NCBI GenBank assembly: GCA_002269645.1
Contig: NIVC01002359.1
Coordinates: 1 to 64,000, forward strand
Source: Macrostomum lignano
Taxonomy: Eukaryota
Direction of reading: 5' to 3'
Length of the DNA: 64,000 nt
Shown: positions 13,701-25,150 of the stretch, one piece after another
How positions within the stretch are numbered: position 1 is the stretch's first letter
Layout: every line of letters begins with the position of its first letter
Translations under genes and position numbers: made by a program
Notes under the pieces: model-generated
Told to the model about the DNA's origin: nothing
The model's database searches: none
The model's input: only the letters and a program-made list of their open reading frames with translations

Positions 13701-15155
13701 GCCAACCGCGATAGTAAACATTCCCTATACTGATAAGTTCCAATGACTTTCAAATACTGAGGAAAAGTTCCGAAAAGTGATGAAAAGTTTTGCATCAGTG
13801 TGGAAAAGTTCCGAATCTTTCCAAAGAATAGTGAGGAAAAGTAGCAAAGAACTTTCGCAAGTTGGAATGCCCCTTGCATTGCTTCTGCACCTAAAGTGCC
13901 CACTGTGCACCTTTTGTTCACCTTTTGTGCCTCCAATGCACACTGTACACCTTTATGCACCTCCACCGCGGCGCACCTTTTGTTCACCTTTTACTCCACC
14001 AATACCCCCAATTCCTACTCTGTTCACCTTTTGTGCCTCCAATGCACACTGTGCACCTTTAATGCACCTAACTCCCCTATGACACTTGTGCCCCTACCGC
14101 CTATTTCATGCCTTAAATTCACCTTTTGACCCTGCAGAGGCACTGAGGTGAACACGCGGTGCACAAGTGGAACAAAATAGGCATAAGAGAGACGAAAGTG
14201 AGGCAGAAGGTGCAAAACTCTTCACCTTTTATGCCTACTTTAGAAAATCAAAATCCAACGGGTGAACGTAATACAGACGAAACTCAGCCTAGGGAGCAGG
14301 CAGGCCTAATATAGCTCAGCCAATGACAGAGCAGTAAGAAGAGAGGTCAAAGTTGGACGATCGAAACTCAGCCTAGGGAGCAGGCAGGCCTAATATAGCT
14401 CAGCCAATGACAGAGCAGTAAGAAGAGAGGTCAAAGTTGGACGGTCGAAACTCAGCCTAGGGAGCAGGCAGGCCTAATATAGCTCAGCCAATGACAGAGC
14501 AGTAAGAATAGAGGTCAAAGTTGGACGGTCGAAACTCAGCCTAGGTGGACAGACCCCATCTAGCTCAGCCAATGAGAGAGGAGTAAGGATTCGCTTTAGT
14601 ATTTTGTTTAAGTCAGACAGACACAAGCGGGCAAGAGGAAATCCTTAAACTGTTTTACGGGCCTGGCTGGAGGGCTGGAGCGCCAACCCTTTTCACTCTG
14701 CTCTTTATGCACACGCATTGGATTTGGGTGCAGCTGCAAACAGGATGAATACTCGTAAGCTAATTGAATGTGTTCGCTTTAAGGACAAAAAGCCTGTGGC
14801 GAATCTTGCAACTCAAACACTAAAATATCTATCTATTGTTATTTTAGTATCTGTGGTCACGACAGATCAACTTCAATTTTGACACCCTCTATTTTTTCCA
14901 AGCTGGAATTTAACAAACGGCGCCTGGAACCCCGCCGATAAAAAACAAAACTAAGTTTATTTTTTTCTAAATTTCAATATTACCTTCCGGAGACTTCTGT
15001 TCAGAGCCAGCCAGATCTTCGCCAACTCTACTACACACCGGCATGCTGACTGGCCTAGACGGTGTGCTGCTCATAAAACTGCGCAGCGATTGGCTGACGC
15101 TAGTATGACGCAACAGTACAGAATCCACCACTTTGGACGATACTTCGTGCTCCAT
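10754..15155 (-). CDS. MAPK8IP1: JIP1/JIP2 (MAPK8IP1/2)-like scaffold with SH3 and PTB domains, 5 exons, ~419 aa from first ATG (possibly ~51 aa longer)
   Basis: Exons (minus strand): 14984-15155 (frame open to 15335), 12257-12795, 11900-11995, 11542-11733, 10754-11014; phases are consistent. SH3 HRAAHRFCPRHPDQLALVEGDPIVV...WAAGVNLRTRERGVFP matches JIP1 [25 protein letters not shown]...NMRTGARGVFP. PTB C-term FVTRHP...HVF...FYNEYMAFCHPTEDLFIDE matches JIP1 FITKHP...HVF...YTCPTEDIYLE. Confidence 0.88.
11178..11363 (-). mobile_element. SINE family A copy (5' two-thirds)
   Basis: Reverse complement of the head and core of the 10256 element (GGGGGTTGTAGCCTAGTGGTTAGAGCG...GGTTCGATTCCC...GTGTCCTTGAGCAAGAC). 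Confidence 0.85.
13063..13587. mobile_element. MITE-like element with ~65-bp imperfect terminal inverted repeats
   Basis: CCCGTTAGAAAAGTTATACACCTGCAGAGGCATAAAAAGTGAACGAGGTGCACAAAAGAGGCA at the left end matches the reverse complement of 13520-13587. A related GTGCAC/AAAGGTG-rich segment follows at ~13880-14262. Confidence 0.65.
14275..14700 (+). repeat. Dispersed element with 84-bp CCAAT-containing tandem units (x3.5); related inverted copy at ~30100-30480
   Basis: GAAACTCAGCC recurs at 14279, 14363, 14447 and 14531. Reverse-complement similarity, including the flanking GCAAGAGGAA and GGCGCC segments, to 30100-30480. Confidence 0.75.
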
Positions 15156-15419
15156 TTCGTCTAAGCAGTGCCGACAAGGTCTGGCATCAGCTAAGCTTGT
15201 ACAATCGGCCGCCGGGCTCAACTCAGTCAGCTGATAGAATTGGCGCTGACATCCGGTACAGGTGCGGATAGTGCCGCTGTGGCCTGACGCCTGCTGCTGC
15301 TGCTGCTGCTGCGGGGGCCGTTGTTTAGTATTTTGTTAAATTCAACTTTGACTACTGCAAGTAGGCTTACTAGATGACGAGTTCGGAATGTTCCACCTCT
15401 CATACTCCTTCGGCGACAT

Positions 15420-15560
15420 TGACTGCTGAGCACATACAAGAGCGCGGACACGCTCACTCAGGGTGTACAGCGGTCCGGACTTTCTAATTGTCGGGCATGT
15501 ACACTCTCTGTGTCTTTGGGGTTGGCCCTTATAGGTGTGAATCGAACGCGCGTTTATAAT
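15420..15560 (-). mobile_element. SINE-like family B copy between NLE1 and the JIP-like gene
   Basis: Minus strand GTTCGATTC...GGCCAACCCC...GTGTACATGCC...GAAAGTC...CTGTACACCCTGAG...GTGCTCAG. Confidence 0.55.
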
Positions 15561-15806
15561 CTCCAACATATGGAAGCTGATGGGATGGCTGGCAGTGGAA
15601 GAAAAATTAATACAACTCAAAAAAGGCAATTTTTCATGCAAAAAAAGTTTGACAGTCACAATTTTATTACTTTCTTGACAAGGTCTCCGGGAAGTGAGGC
15701 AATTTGAATCCAACAAAGTGCGCTAAATATAAAATGCTCCTGTTGCCTACTAACAGTAGGATAAAAACACCAATTTAATTAAGCTAGACTATTCCACTTG
15801 TAATCT

Positions 15807-17211
15807 TCAGTTTCGCCACAGCTTCAATTCGCGATCCTTCCCTCCGCTGGCCACTTTCTGGCCGTCGGGCGACCAATCGACTGCGTAAACTTCGTCAGCG
15901 TGGCCGGGCAAATCGTTCACAGGTTTTAAACGATTCTTGCCGCCAGCAGCGCCAATGTCCCACAGTTTTAGGGTGCTGTCGGCGCTAGACGATACCAATA
16001 GGCGGCTGTCGGCCGACCAGGCCACCTGGTAGACTCGGCCAACATGGCCAAGCAGGGTGGCCAAGAATTTGCCTGTCCGGCCGTCCCACAATCGGACAGA
16101 TTTATCAAAACTGGCGCTAGCCAATAGGCGGCCGTCCGGGCTGAATCGGACATCGTTGACCAGCTGCAGGTGGCCGGTTAGGCGGGCCACGGGCCGCTTG
16201 TCGGTCTCCGGGGTCCACAGCGTTAGCGTGAAATCGTCGCTGCCTGATACGAGGCGTTCCGGCTGGTCGCGTCTGGGGTGGGCGGGAGAATGAAGGGTTA
16301 AGTACTTGGTTCTTAGCCAATGGGATGGGGAGCATTATATAATGAGATTGGGAGCATTATCCAATGAGATCGGGAGCATTATCCAATGAGATCGGGAGCA
16401 TTATCCAATGAGATCGGGAGCATTATTCAATGAGATCGGGAGCATTATCCAATAAGATCGGGAGTATTATCCAATGAGATCGGGAGCATTATCCAATGAG
16501 ATCCGGAGCATTATCCAACGAGATCGGGAGCATTATCCAATGAGATCGGGAGCATTATATAATCACACTAAGAACCCTAGCAAACTGCATGGAGACTAAA
16601 CATGATGCTAAGGAAGCCGTAGTCTTCTATTGTCTAATTGCCTAACCTGGCAGCCTCGTAGACTCGCCGGGCCCGTTCGCACAGCTCAGTTCTTGGCGCG
16701 CCAATCTCCGGTGCCGGCTTGCCAGGCTCGTTAGCACCAAGCCGCATAGCGTAGTCCGTACTGAGCGCCAGAGTGTTCACCCAGTGCGCGTGCTGCTGCA
16801 GGGTGCGGCACAGGGCGCCGTCGTCAGCGCGCCAAACTCGGACTGTCCGATCTCGGCTGCCCGTGTAGAGCAGGTCGGTGCCGCCCCAGCGCACCTGCGC
16901 AATGGGATGGAGGGTGAGGGTTTTCAAGTAAGTATATTGCCTGGACCACGATTTCGTTTATTCATTTTTGATAGTGTCTAAAACTTAGGCATTTGAACAT
17001 TTGCTTATCAATCTGCCTTGCTACTGTCCTGTCTTAGTGTCTGTCTGTCTGTCTGTCTACTTGTCTGTCTGTCTGTCTGTCTGTCTGCCTACCTTAGTGT
17101 CTGTCTGTCTGTCTACCTTAGTGTCTCTCTGTCTGTCTGTCTGTCTGTCTGTCTGCCTACCTTAGTGTCTCTCTGTCTGTCTGTCTGTGTCTGTCTGTCT
17201 GCTTACCTAAG

Positions 17212-17264
<53 letters not shown>

Positions 17265-17489
17265 GCCTACCTTAGTGTCTCTCTGTCTGTCTGTCTGCTT
17301 ACCTAAGTGTCTGTCTGTCTGTCTGCCTACCTTAGTGTCTGTCTGTCTGCCTACCTTAGTGTCTGTCTGTCTGCCTACCTTAGAGTCTCTCTGTCTGTCT
17401 GTCTGTCTGTCTGCCTACCTTAGTGTCTGTCTGTCTGCCTACCTTAGTGTCTGTCTGTCTGCCTACCTTAGAGTCTCTCTGTCTGTCTG

Positions 17490-17531
<42 letters not shown>

Positions 17532-18965
17532 CCTACCTTAGTGTCTGTCTGTCTACCTTAGTGTCGCTCTGTCTGTGTCTGTCTGCCTACCTTAGTGTCT
17601 GTCTGTCTTAATGTCTCTCTGTCTGTCTGTCTATCCACCTTTCCTATCTACTTAAAATTTTAAAAAATTAACACAGCCCCCAAGTTACTCACCTGAGTCA
17701 CGGCCTGCTCGTGTCCGCTAATAACCCGGCTAACCTGTCCAACAATGGTGTCCCACAGTATCACAGTGCAATCCTTAGACGCCGATGCCAATAATCTGCA
17801 CTCAGAATCCAGATGCAGCGGTCGCCAAGCCAAGCTGGTCACCCACTGCGTGTGCCGAGCCAGCGGCCGGCCAATCTGCTTGCCAGTGTCCGGGCACCAC
17901 AGGCAAATCTGGCCGCGCTTGCAGGCGCTGGCCAGGCGCCGGCCGTCCGGCGACCAGGCAATGCACAGCACCCAGTGCTTGTGTCCCCGACACTCGTGCA
18001 AAGGCGTCTCGGTTGACAAGTCCCAGAATCTGACGGCGGCGTCGCCGGATCCGCTGGCCAAATTCCGGCTGTCAGGCGAGAATGCCGCCGATAGGACGGC
18101 CTCCGAGTGGCCGGGCAAGCTGGAGGTGCAGCGAGTCACCGGGCGGACACGAAACAGCGCTTGCGGTTGGTAGACTATGCGGAGCAGGCGCTCGTTGACT
18201 TGGCCGCAGTCGACAGCGACAGCTAGACTGGTGGCCACTTCCGCTTCGTCTACGAAAAATCTGGGGTAGGGAATATGTAGGGCGCAGTTAGTCGCGGGTT
18301 CGAATCTACGCGCAGCCATATTTAATTTAGGTTATTAATCAGCTTTTATATCCGGCTGCATTTATTTTAGCGCCGCTGAGCACTTATTTTGGAGCCGCAG
18401 GCACTCAGTTTGGCACCAATGGCACTCATTTTGGCGCCGCAGGCACTCATTTTGGCACCATAGGCTCTCATTTTTGGCGCCATAGGCACTCAATTTGGCG
18501 CCACAAGTACTCATCTTAGCGCCGCAGGCACTCATTTTGGCGCCATAGGCACTAAATTTGGCGCGATAGACACTCAATGACGCAGACACTCCTTTTGCCG
18601 CCGCAGGGCCCTTTTTGGCACCCTGAAGCAAAAATTCTTGGTTTTCATTAAGCTGCGCATATTGTAGAGTTATTTTGATCACCGGGGGCGAATCATTTCC
18701 CAAAGAATTGACAAGCCCCCCCCCTTACTAACTTCCTAACGCATTACCTAGCAAAGCATACTACTCACTTATAAATAACTTGATCATCATAATCCCCACT
18801 CTGGACTATCAATTGAGCATCGAGTGTCGCCTTTAGATCTGCTACTGTAGATCCCAGCAGAGCCTGCAGGGGCGGCCCAGCTTCCTCGCCAGTCTCGCTG
18901 ACAAACTGCACAAGCACGGCGCGATCTTCTCCATTGTCGTCATTGTCATCAGCTGTGCTGGACAT
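15807..18965 (-). CDS. NLE1: Notchless homolog 1 (NLE1/Rsa4), WD40 ribosome-biogenesis factor, 4 exons, ~492 aa
   Basis: Exons (minus strand): 18769-18965, 17693-18260, 16647-16894, 15807-16272 (1479 nt, phase-consistent). Diagnostic motifs: [96 protein letters not shown]. Confidence 0.95.
16340..16560. repeat. 22-bp minisatellite, NLE1 intron
   Basis: ATCCAATGAGATCGGGAGCATT units. Confidence 0.92.
17020..17635. repeat. (GTCT)n compound microsatellite with CTACCTTAGT spacers, NLE1 intron
   Basis: Same family as 39320-39430 and 43790-44770. Confidence 0.95.
18365..18575. repeat. ~21-bp imperfect tandem repeat, NLE1 intron 1
   Basis: GGCACTCATTTTGGCGCCRYA units. Confidence 0.8.
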
Positions 18966-21900
18966 TGTTGTTGCAAACAGGTTAAATTTTAGGTGCTAGA
19001 AGAAATAGCAGATAGGATCTGAAATAAAAAAAAATTGCTTTTAATAATTGAAAGTTTTTATATTGAAAAACATTAATTTTTAGAGTAAGAAAAAGTGGCT
19101 AAGTAATGTTTTGGCTTTAGAAAATGTGAAGAAGATACAGTCAGCTACAAGAGGTTCTGGACATTGAAACTAGGCAAGTTGAAGCTTCAGACCATTCAAC
19201 ACTAACACTGGCATATGTAGAAGCTGTGTATACAATGGGTGCCTCATTTTCTCACTGACTTCAATGGAGGCACTAGTCGTGGTGTGCTAGACATAGGTGA
19301 TGTTTTCATGGGTAACAAAACAGATCTATTAGCTTGATCTAGAAACTAAATGCTAATCAACTGTCTGCTGCTTCAATGGCAAGTTTTCACCAATGAAATT
19401 GTAGATGGAGTGCTAACAGGCTTTTGACAACTTTTTTTCTCAAAAACTGATTAAATTGCAAGTGGTATTGTAAAACCAATAACTATGAGCACAATAGTAT
19501 ACTAGCTTCTGTCCCCCTAAGGTGATTATAATAAAAGTATAAAATATAACTGCTGCAATACCTGCCTGCACTATGACAATACCAATATATACACTATTAA
19601 AAACTATTGATTTCTTTGCTAGCAGCAATATCAAGACTATTATTCATCCTGGTTACTTGGGAGACCTGGGTCTGGAATATCTTTCCTGTCTTGAAGGTAA
19701 AAGAGCAACTATTAGATAATTGAATTTTGATTCTATAAGTCAATCATAGATCATATAAACATGCTAATGGACTTATAAAATTTGATTTGTTTTAATTTGT
19801 TAAAAACTGTGAATTTGTTTTGCTAAACATTATCTAATAAAATTCTACCTGATTATTCTATAAAAGTAGCCATACCTATACCATAGCTATCTAAAATAAA
19901 CAGTAACTTTTTGAGCCTTTTGAGAAATTCAATCTTTAGGACCCTAGTCTTTTAAGTTTGTGTATGACCAAGGCATAAAGCCTAAGAAAGATTACAGTGC
20001 ATAAAAAAGCACAAGATAGGAGAAGTCTTAAAGGCTTGGAATTGGGAAATTGAAGTTATAAAGGCTTAAAATAGGGCAATAGAAGCCATAAAGGATTATA
20101 ATAGGTGTAAGAAATTAGGCAAATACTGTTAGGCATAAGGAAATAAGAATACAAAAACTTATAATAAAGGTATTGATAAGATAGAGGCTTATTGCTAGAC
20201 ACCCTTGATCCTAGAAAAAGCCATTACTTTTAGGATACACTAGTGCTTTAAGCCTTCCTAAAGGCATTTAAATTTGAAAATTCAAACATTAAAAGCATGA
20301 AAACAGTTTTTAATTTTTGACCTAATTCCAAATTGATTTTTGCATTTTTCAAAATTTTATATATATTTGATTACTCACCACTGAAAAGTTGCCACTCTAT
20401 GCACTAGTGAGCAATGTCTCTTGTATTATTCTAAAGTAAAAGATACAAAAAAACTGATTGGGTGGCTTTAATCCATCTAACAAAACCCTTACACATTGCA
20501 TCCTCCCACTTTATTCCTTAACTCGAAAGCTTACCGCAGTGTAGCAAGTGTTGTCATTGCAAAGATAGAGAGACTACTTTCAAAAGAGACAGATGGAATA
20601 TTCTATGATAGCAAATTTTTGATGTTGCTAAATATATATAAGAACACTATGACACTAAGCCCTCAATGATAAGTATTCAAATTAAAAGTTCTAATATTGA
20701 AGGCATTAAAAACTTGTTTTCAAATATTTGACGCACTTACAATTGGTATAAATTTGATATACAAATTTTCCAAATGATTTTGAAATAATTAGGCCTATTA
20801 GCTATTGCCTCTACGGGCTCTACCTACAACTGCACTACCCAGTATTGTGTATTCATAAAATAAGACAAACAAGATCAGAGAATTTTAGGGGGTTGATAAA
20901 TTGTAGGCTACCTTTTTACCCCCCCCCTTATATACACCCACACTTTTATTAATTGTCTATTAGACTGATTATTAAACAATAATAAAATTAAACCAACCCT
21001 ACCATTTGTAAGCCTATTACGCTACACAAAGGGTCATAAAACTCCTTTAGCTTTATTCCTAATATAAATCCTACATTAGGGCCTATACATTGGCTAAGGT
21101 CAGAGAAGCCTAAATGGTTGCACTGAACAATTAAATTTAAAAACAATGCACCCATAAAAAGCATTGAAAATCATTTTTTTATTTGATCTACTTTCTATTC
21201 AAAGCTATTTCCTATTTAATGTGCTATTTCTTTGATAGACTAATAGACAAATAGCGCAAAATTATTATATAGATCTATTGGCATATTTGGTCTGCTTGAA
21301 TCCTAAAAAAGTTGTATTTAGCAATGCAAAGGCATCTAAAAAAGTAGTATAAAATGCACTTTGAAAAAAAGGTGCAAGTAATATTTTAGTTTCTATAATA
21401 AAAGGTAGGCCTAGCTAGAACATTTTAAAGGAAAAGGTAAGCAGTTGAGAGGTGATGGGAATATTTAAACAAATAAATAATAATAGTAATTAAACTTGTT
21501 AATCCTTTTATAGAATTTAGACAGATCAACTAGAACTTTATATTAATATATAATTGCAAGTTTTTATAAATGAGAAAAAGACATAACACTTTTTTTGTTA
21601 TAATGTGCATATAGAATATCAAACATAAGAATGGAACAAGTTTTTTTATTGTTGCAAAACGCAATGCAAAAGTAAACTTAGTAAAGTTGTATATTTTGAA
21701 ATTTTGGTATATTTGACCTAAACAAAGTCACATTTCTAATTTTTGGTATACTTGGCATATAAACTATGGGCTCATGACAGGGCTCTAGTTACAATTAGGC
21801 CCTGCCCCAACCTTTGATTTTTTATTTTAAACATTAAAAATACTTGAGCTGATGAATAAGCAATGAGGACCATATTACTAGCTTAGTTTTTTAAAAATAA

Positions 21901-23318
21901 ATTAGGAGTTGTAGGGATTCTAGTTTTGTGCAACAATTAATTAATTGCATATTTTAGCTAGAAGATTAGGAGGATCATTAAATTTAAAAGTAATAATAGG
22001 CCTATGCCAATGGAAATGCAAGCAATACTTATTATTATCACAGTTGCTAGGCCTAATAATAAATGAATAGACCAACTTGAAATACTTTTAAATAATTCGT
22101 CTTCCATTCAATACTGACAATAGGCATAGCCAAAATGGCATAGTAGGTAAAAATAAGGTAAGTAGGGTAAGTAGGTGACTGTAGGTCTACTGGAAAATTT
22201 TCAATTCATGCCAACCAATACTTAAACTTGAAGTGTAGACAAAACTTCTATATTAACATCACGTGTTACTAGGCCTACGCACTAAACTTTCCTTTACTCT
22301 TCTTGCTTCTTGAGTGATTGCAAAATACTTAACAATAAATTTATCTCAAATGCATCAATGAATTAACATTGCTAGGTTGATTAATTGTAATTAATTAATT
22401 GTAATAGGTCCTAGTCACATCTTATAGGCCCACCATATGGCCCGCTTTAATTTAGTTATCAAGTTTTAATTTTTTCTTAGAAAACTTTTACACAAAAACA
22501 AATTACAATATGCAACAGACAACAGGAATGTATTGTGTTCCGGCCTTTTGCTTGTTAAATATGTGAATGAGATTCATATGCATAATATTTGAGGTAGCTA
22601 TAAAATGTAAATTCGGAACAATCAGTGCTCATCATCACTCGTCGGTCAGCAGCAGCATGTAGAAGTGTAGAACTTGTTGTATGATGTTGTATTGTTGTTT
22701 AGCATAGCCATAAGGGCTGAGGGTTTAAATAAATTATCGAAGCTTTAAATTAAAAAAACTAGGCCACTATGAGTTACTATAGTTAATTAGGCCTAGGGCT
22801 ACTGTAACTTTCTAAAGTTCTTAATGTTCTTAACCTTCAAAATAAAGTAAAGCACTATTTCGAACTATAAAATGGTTGTAGGCCTATAGTACAGAGTCAC
22901 AGACGCAGAAGTAGCAAGTAGGCTAGGGGCTACACTAGTGCAGTGCCTAAGTCAACTTAGTTTAATTAATCATTATGTTTACTTTAGTGACAATCAATCT
23001 GGTGACTGTCATTTTAAGCCTAGGGCCTAGTGCTAATGTGGTGCAATATGAGTATGTGTAGGCCTATTATTATTTTGTTTTTATTTACACTAGATAGGCA
23101 GTATCCAATTAATCAGGCAATAAAAGGATATAGCAATATATGATCTAGTGCATACATGCCCAACCTAAAAATTTCACCCATCCGATGCAACTTAGTTTTG
23201 TCCAGATTTGTGACTTACCTATATATCACCACACTGAAAGACTGGGAGAGGGGGTAAGTTTCTGGATGTGCCCAGACTGTCCAGACAGAAAGTTATTGAG
23301 AATAAAACAGTTTAGTTA

Positions 23319-24583
23319 TGAGGGCTAAGCAATAAGTTTTTAGATATGCATAGTTGAGAGGCAGCTGACAAAATCTGACACCATAGGTATCAAGTGCATT
23401 AGGCCCTATATAAGTACAATGTTTGTAAAGTTTCAGACACACTGGTCATATATATTCAGTGTAGCACCCAAACCAAGCTAGTATACCTACCGTATCTATC
23501 AAATTCACAATGGAGCTCAATATGAGTCATTTTAGAGCAATGATTTATTACTATTTTAAAAGTGGTTTGCAGCAGCAAGAAAGTCTTAAGCACTTGCAAG
23601 GAGCTTTTGGGTATGAAGCACCATCTAGATCCACCATTTTTGACTAGTTTGTCAAATTTCAATGTGGTAGATAGAGTCTGGATAATAAAGAGCATAGCGG
23701 CTGGCCTGTCTCCTCAATGACCAAGGATAGGCCTAATATTGCTGCTATCTGGGCCATGGTTGAGGATAGGCCTAATGTCCAAGTGACTATGGTCTAGATA
23801 GAAGCAGAAGTGGGCATCTCATCAGAATCTATCAGGACAATCCTGCATTCACAGCTCAACCTAAGCAAGATTTCTGCATGCTAAGTGCCTTATCAGTAGA
23901 CTCTGAAGCAAAAAGAGGCTCAGGTGACCTAATGCCACACCATGCTCGACAGATTCAATGGAAGTAGCTCAAACTCAGTCTGGGATATTGTCAGTGGTGA
24001 CAAGTTCTAGATCTATAGTTTTGACCCAGTGACTAAGCAGCAGTTGGCCCAGTGGACTCCAGTTAGTGGCACCCTACCATCTAAGCTTCAGCAAGAGCGC
24101 AGCATGGCAAAGCAGATAATGGCCATTTTTGTGGTAAAAACTGGTTATCTGGCTATAGTTCCACTTGTGCAGCAATGCAAAGTCACCAGTAACTAGTACA
24201 CCAACGTTTGCTTACCAGAAGTGCTAAGTGCTCTTTCTAGGCATTGCCCAAGGACTCAAGCTTGGGGCATCCTTCTCTATCATAACAATGCCCCAGCCCA
24301 CAAGGCTCAACTGGTGGTAGAGTTTCTGGCCAGAGAGTGCATTCAAGAGCTCGGTCATCCACCCTACAGCCCTGACCTGGCCCTTTGCAACTTTTTTGTG
24401 TTTCCACAAATCAAGCGCAAGATGTCTGGGATCTGCTATAGATCACCAAAAGCTGCAGTGGAGGCTTTTATCTGGCATGTGGAGGAGGTGCCTGCTTACA
24501 ATTGGTCCAGCTGCTTCAGCAAATGGTTTGAATGCATGAAAATTTGCATCGAATCTGCTGAAGAGTACTTTGAAAAGATGTAA
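23319..24583 (+). mobile_element. Decayed Tc1/mariner (mariner-type) transposon; transposase pseudogene 23510-24583
   Basis: MELNMSHFRAMIYYYFKSG...FGYEAPSRSTIFD*F, a WVP motif mutated to *VP, IVSGDKF*IYSFDP (GDETW), LYHNNAPAH, HPPYSPDLALCNF and EEYFEKM. TA followed by TGAGGGCTAAGCAATAAG at 23317-23340 resembles a mariner left TIR; no clear right TIR. Confidence 0.9.
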
Positions 24584-24809
24584 CTGTGCATGCAAGAGCG
24601 AAAATGATGCTATTTACAGGGCATTACAACAGATAAAGAATGTGTGATGACAGGAAGTTGAGTTAGACTTACAAGTTTGCTAAAACCATGGGCAAAAAAA
24701 CAATTTCTTTCAATACCATTGTGCTGCACACAAATTGGAGCCTTCTATATATCATGCCTTCTAAAATTTTCCATTTATACAACACCTAGATGATGGCCAA
24801 AAAATCTCC

Positions 24810-25150
24810 CAATTGCAACTTAGTTCTTCCCAATTGCAATTTAGTTCCTCCTAATTGCAACTTAGTTCCTTCTGATTGTGACTTACTTCCTCTTGATTGC
24901 AACTTAGTTCCTTCCAATTGTGACTTAGTTCCTCTTGATTGCAAATTAGTTCCTCTTGATTGCAAATTAGTTCCTCTTGATTGCAAATTAGTTCCTCTTG
25001 ATTGCGACTTAGTTCCTCCTGATTGCAACTTAGTTCCTCCGAATTGCGACTTAGTTCCTCCTGATTGCAACTTAGTTCCTCCGAATTGCAACTTAGTTCC
25101 TCCCAATTGCAACTTATTTCCTCTTGATTGCAACTTAGTTCCCCTGATTG
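24810..25150. repeat. 21-bp minisatellite
   Basis: TTGCAACTTAGTTCCTCCTGA units. Confidence 0.9.

Noticed and set aside
17018-17611. Long ORFs such as (CLSV)n, (TDRQ)n, (LGFLVLR)n, ([10 protein letters not shown])n and (NCNLVPP)n at 17.0-17.6, 24.8-25.4, 34.3-35.3, 43.6-44.9, 47.7-48.6 and 56.5-57.6 kb
   Set aside because: These are stop-free translations of satellites inside introns or intergenic DNA, with no independent sign of coding.
19150-19700. Stop-riddled hydrophobic minus-strand frame (IVLIVIGFTIPLAI) resembling a GPCR helix
   Set aside because: Many stops in AT-rich DNA, and only a single helix-like match, which is expected by chance.
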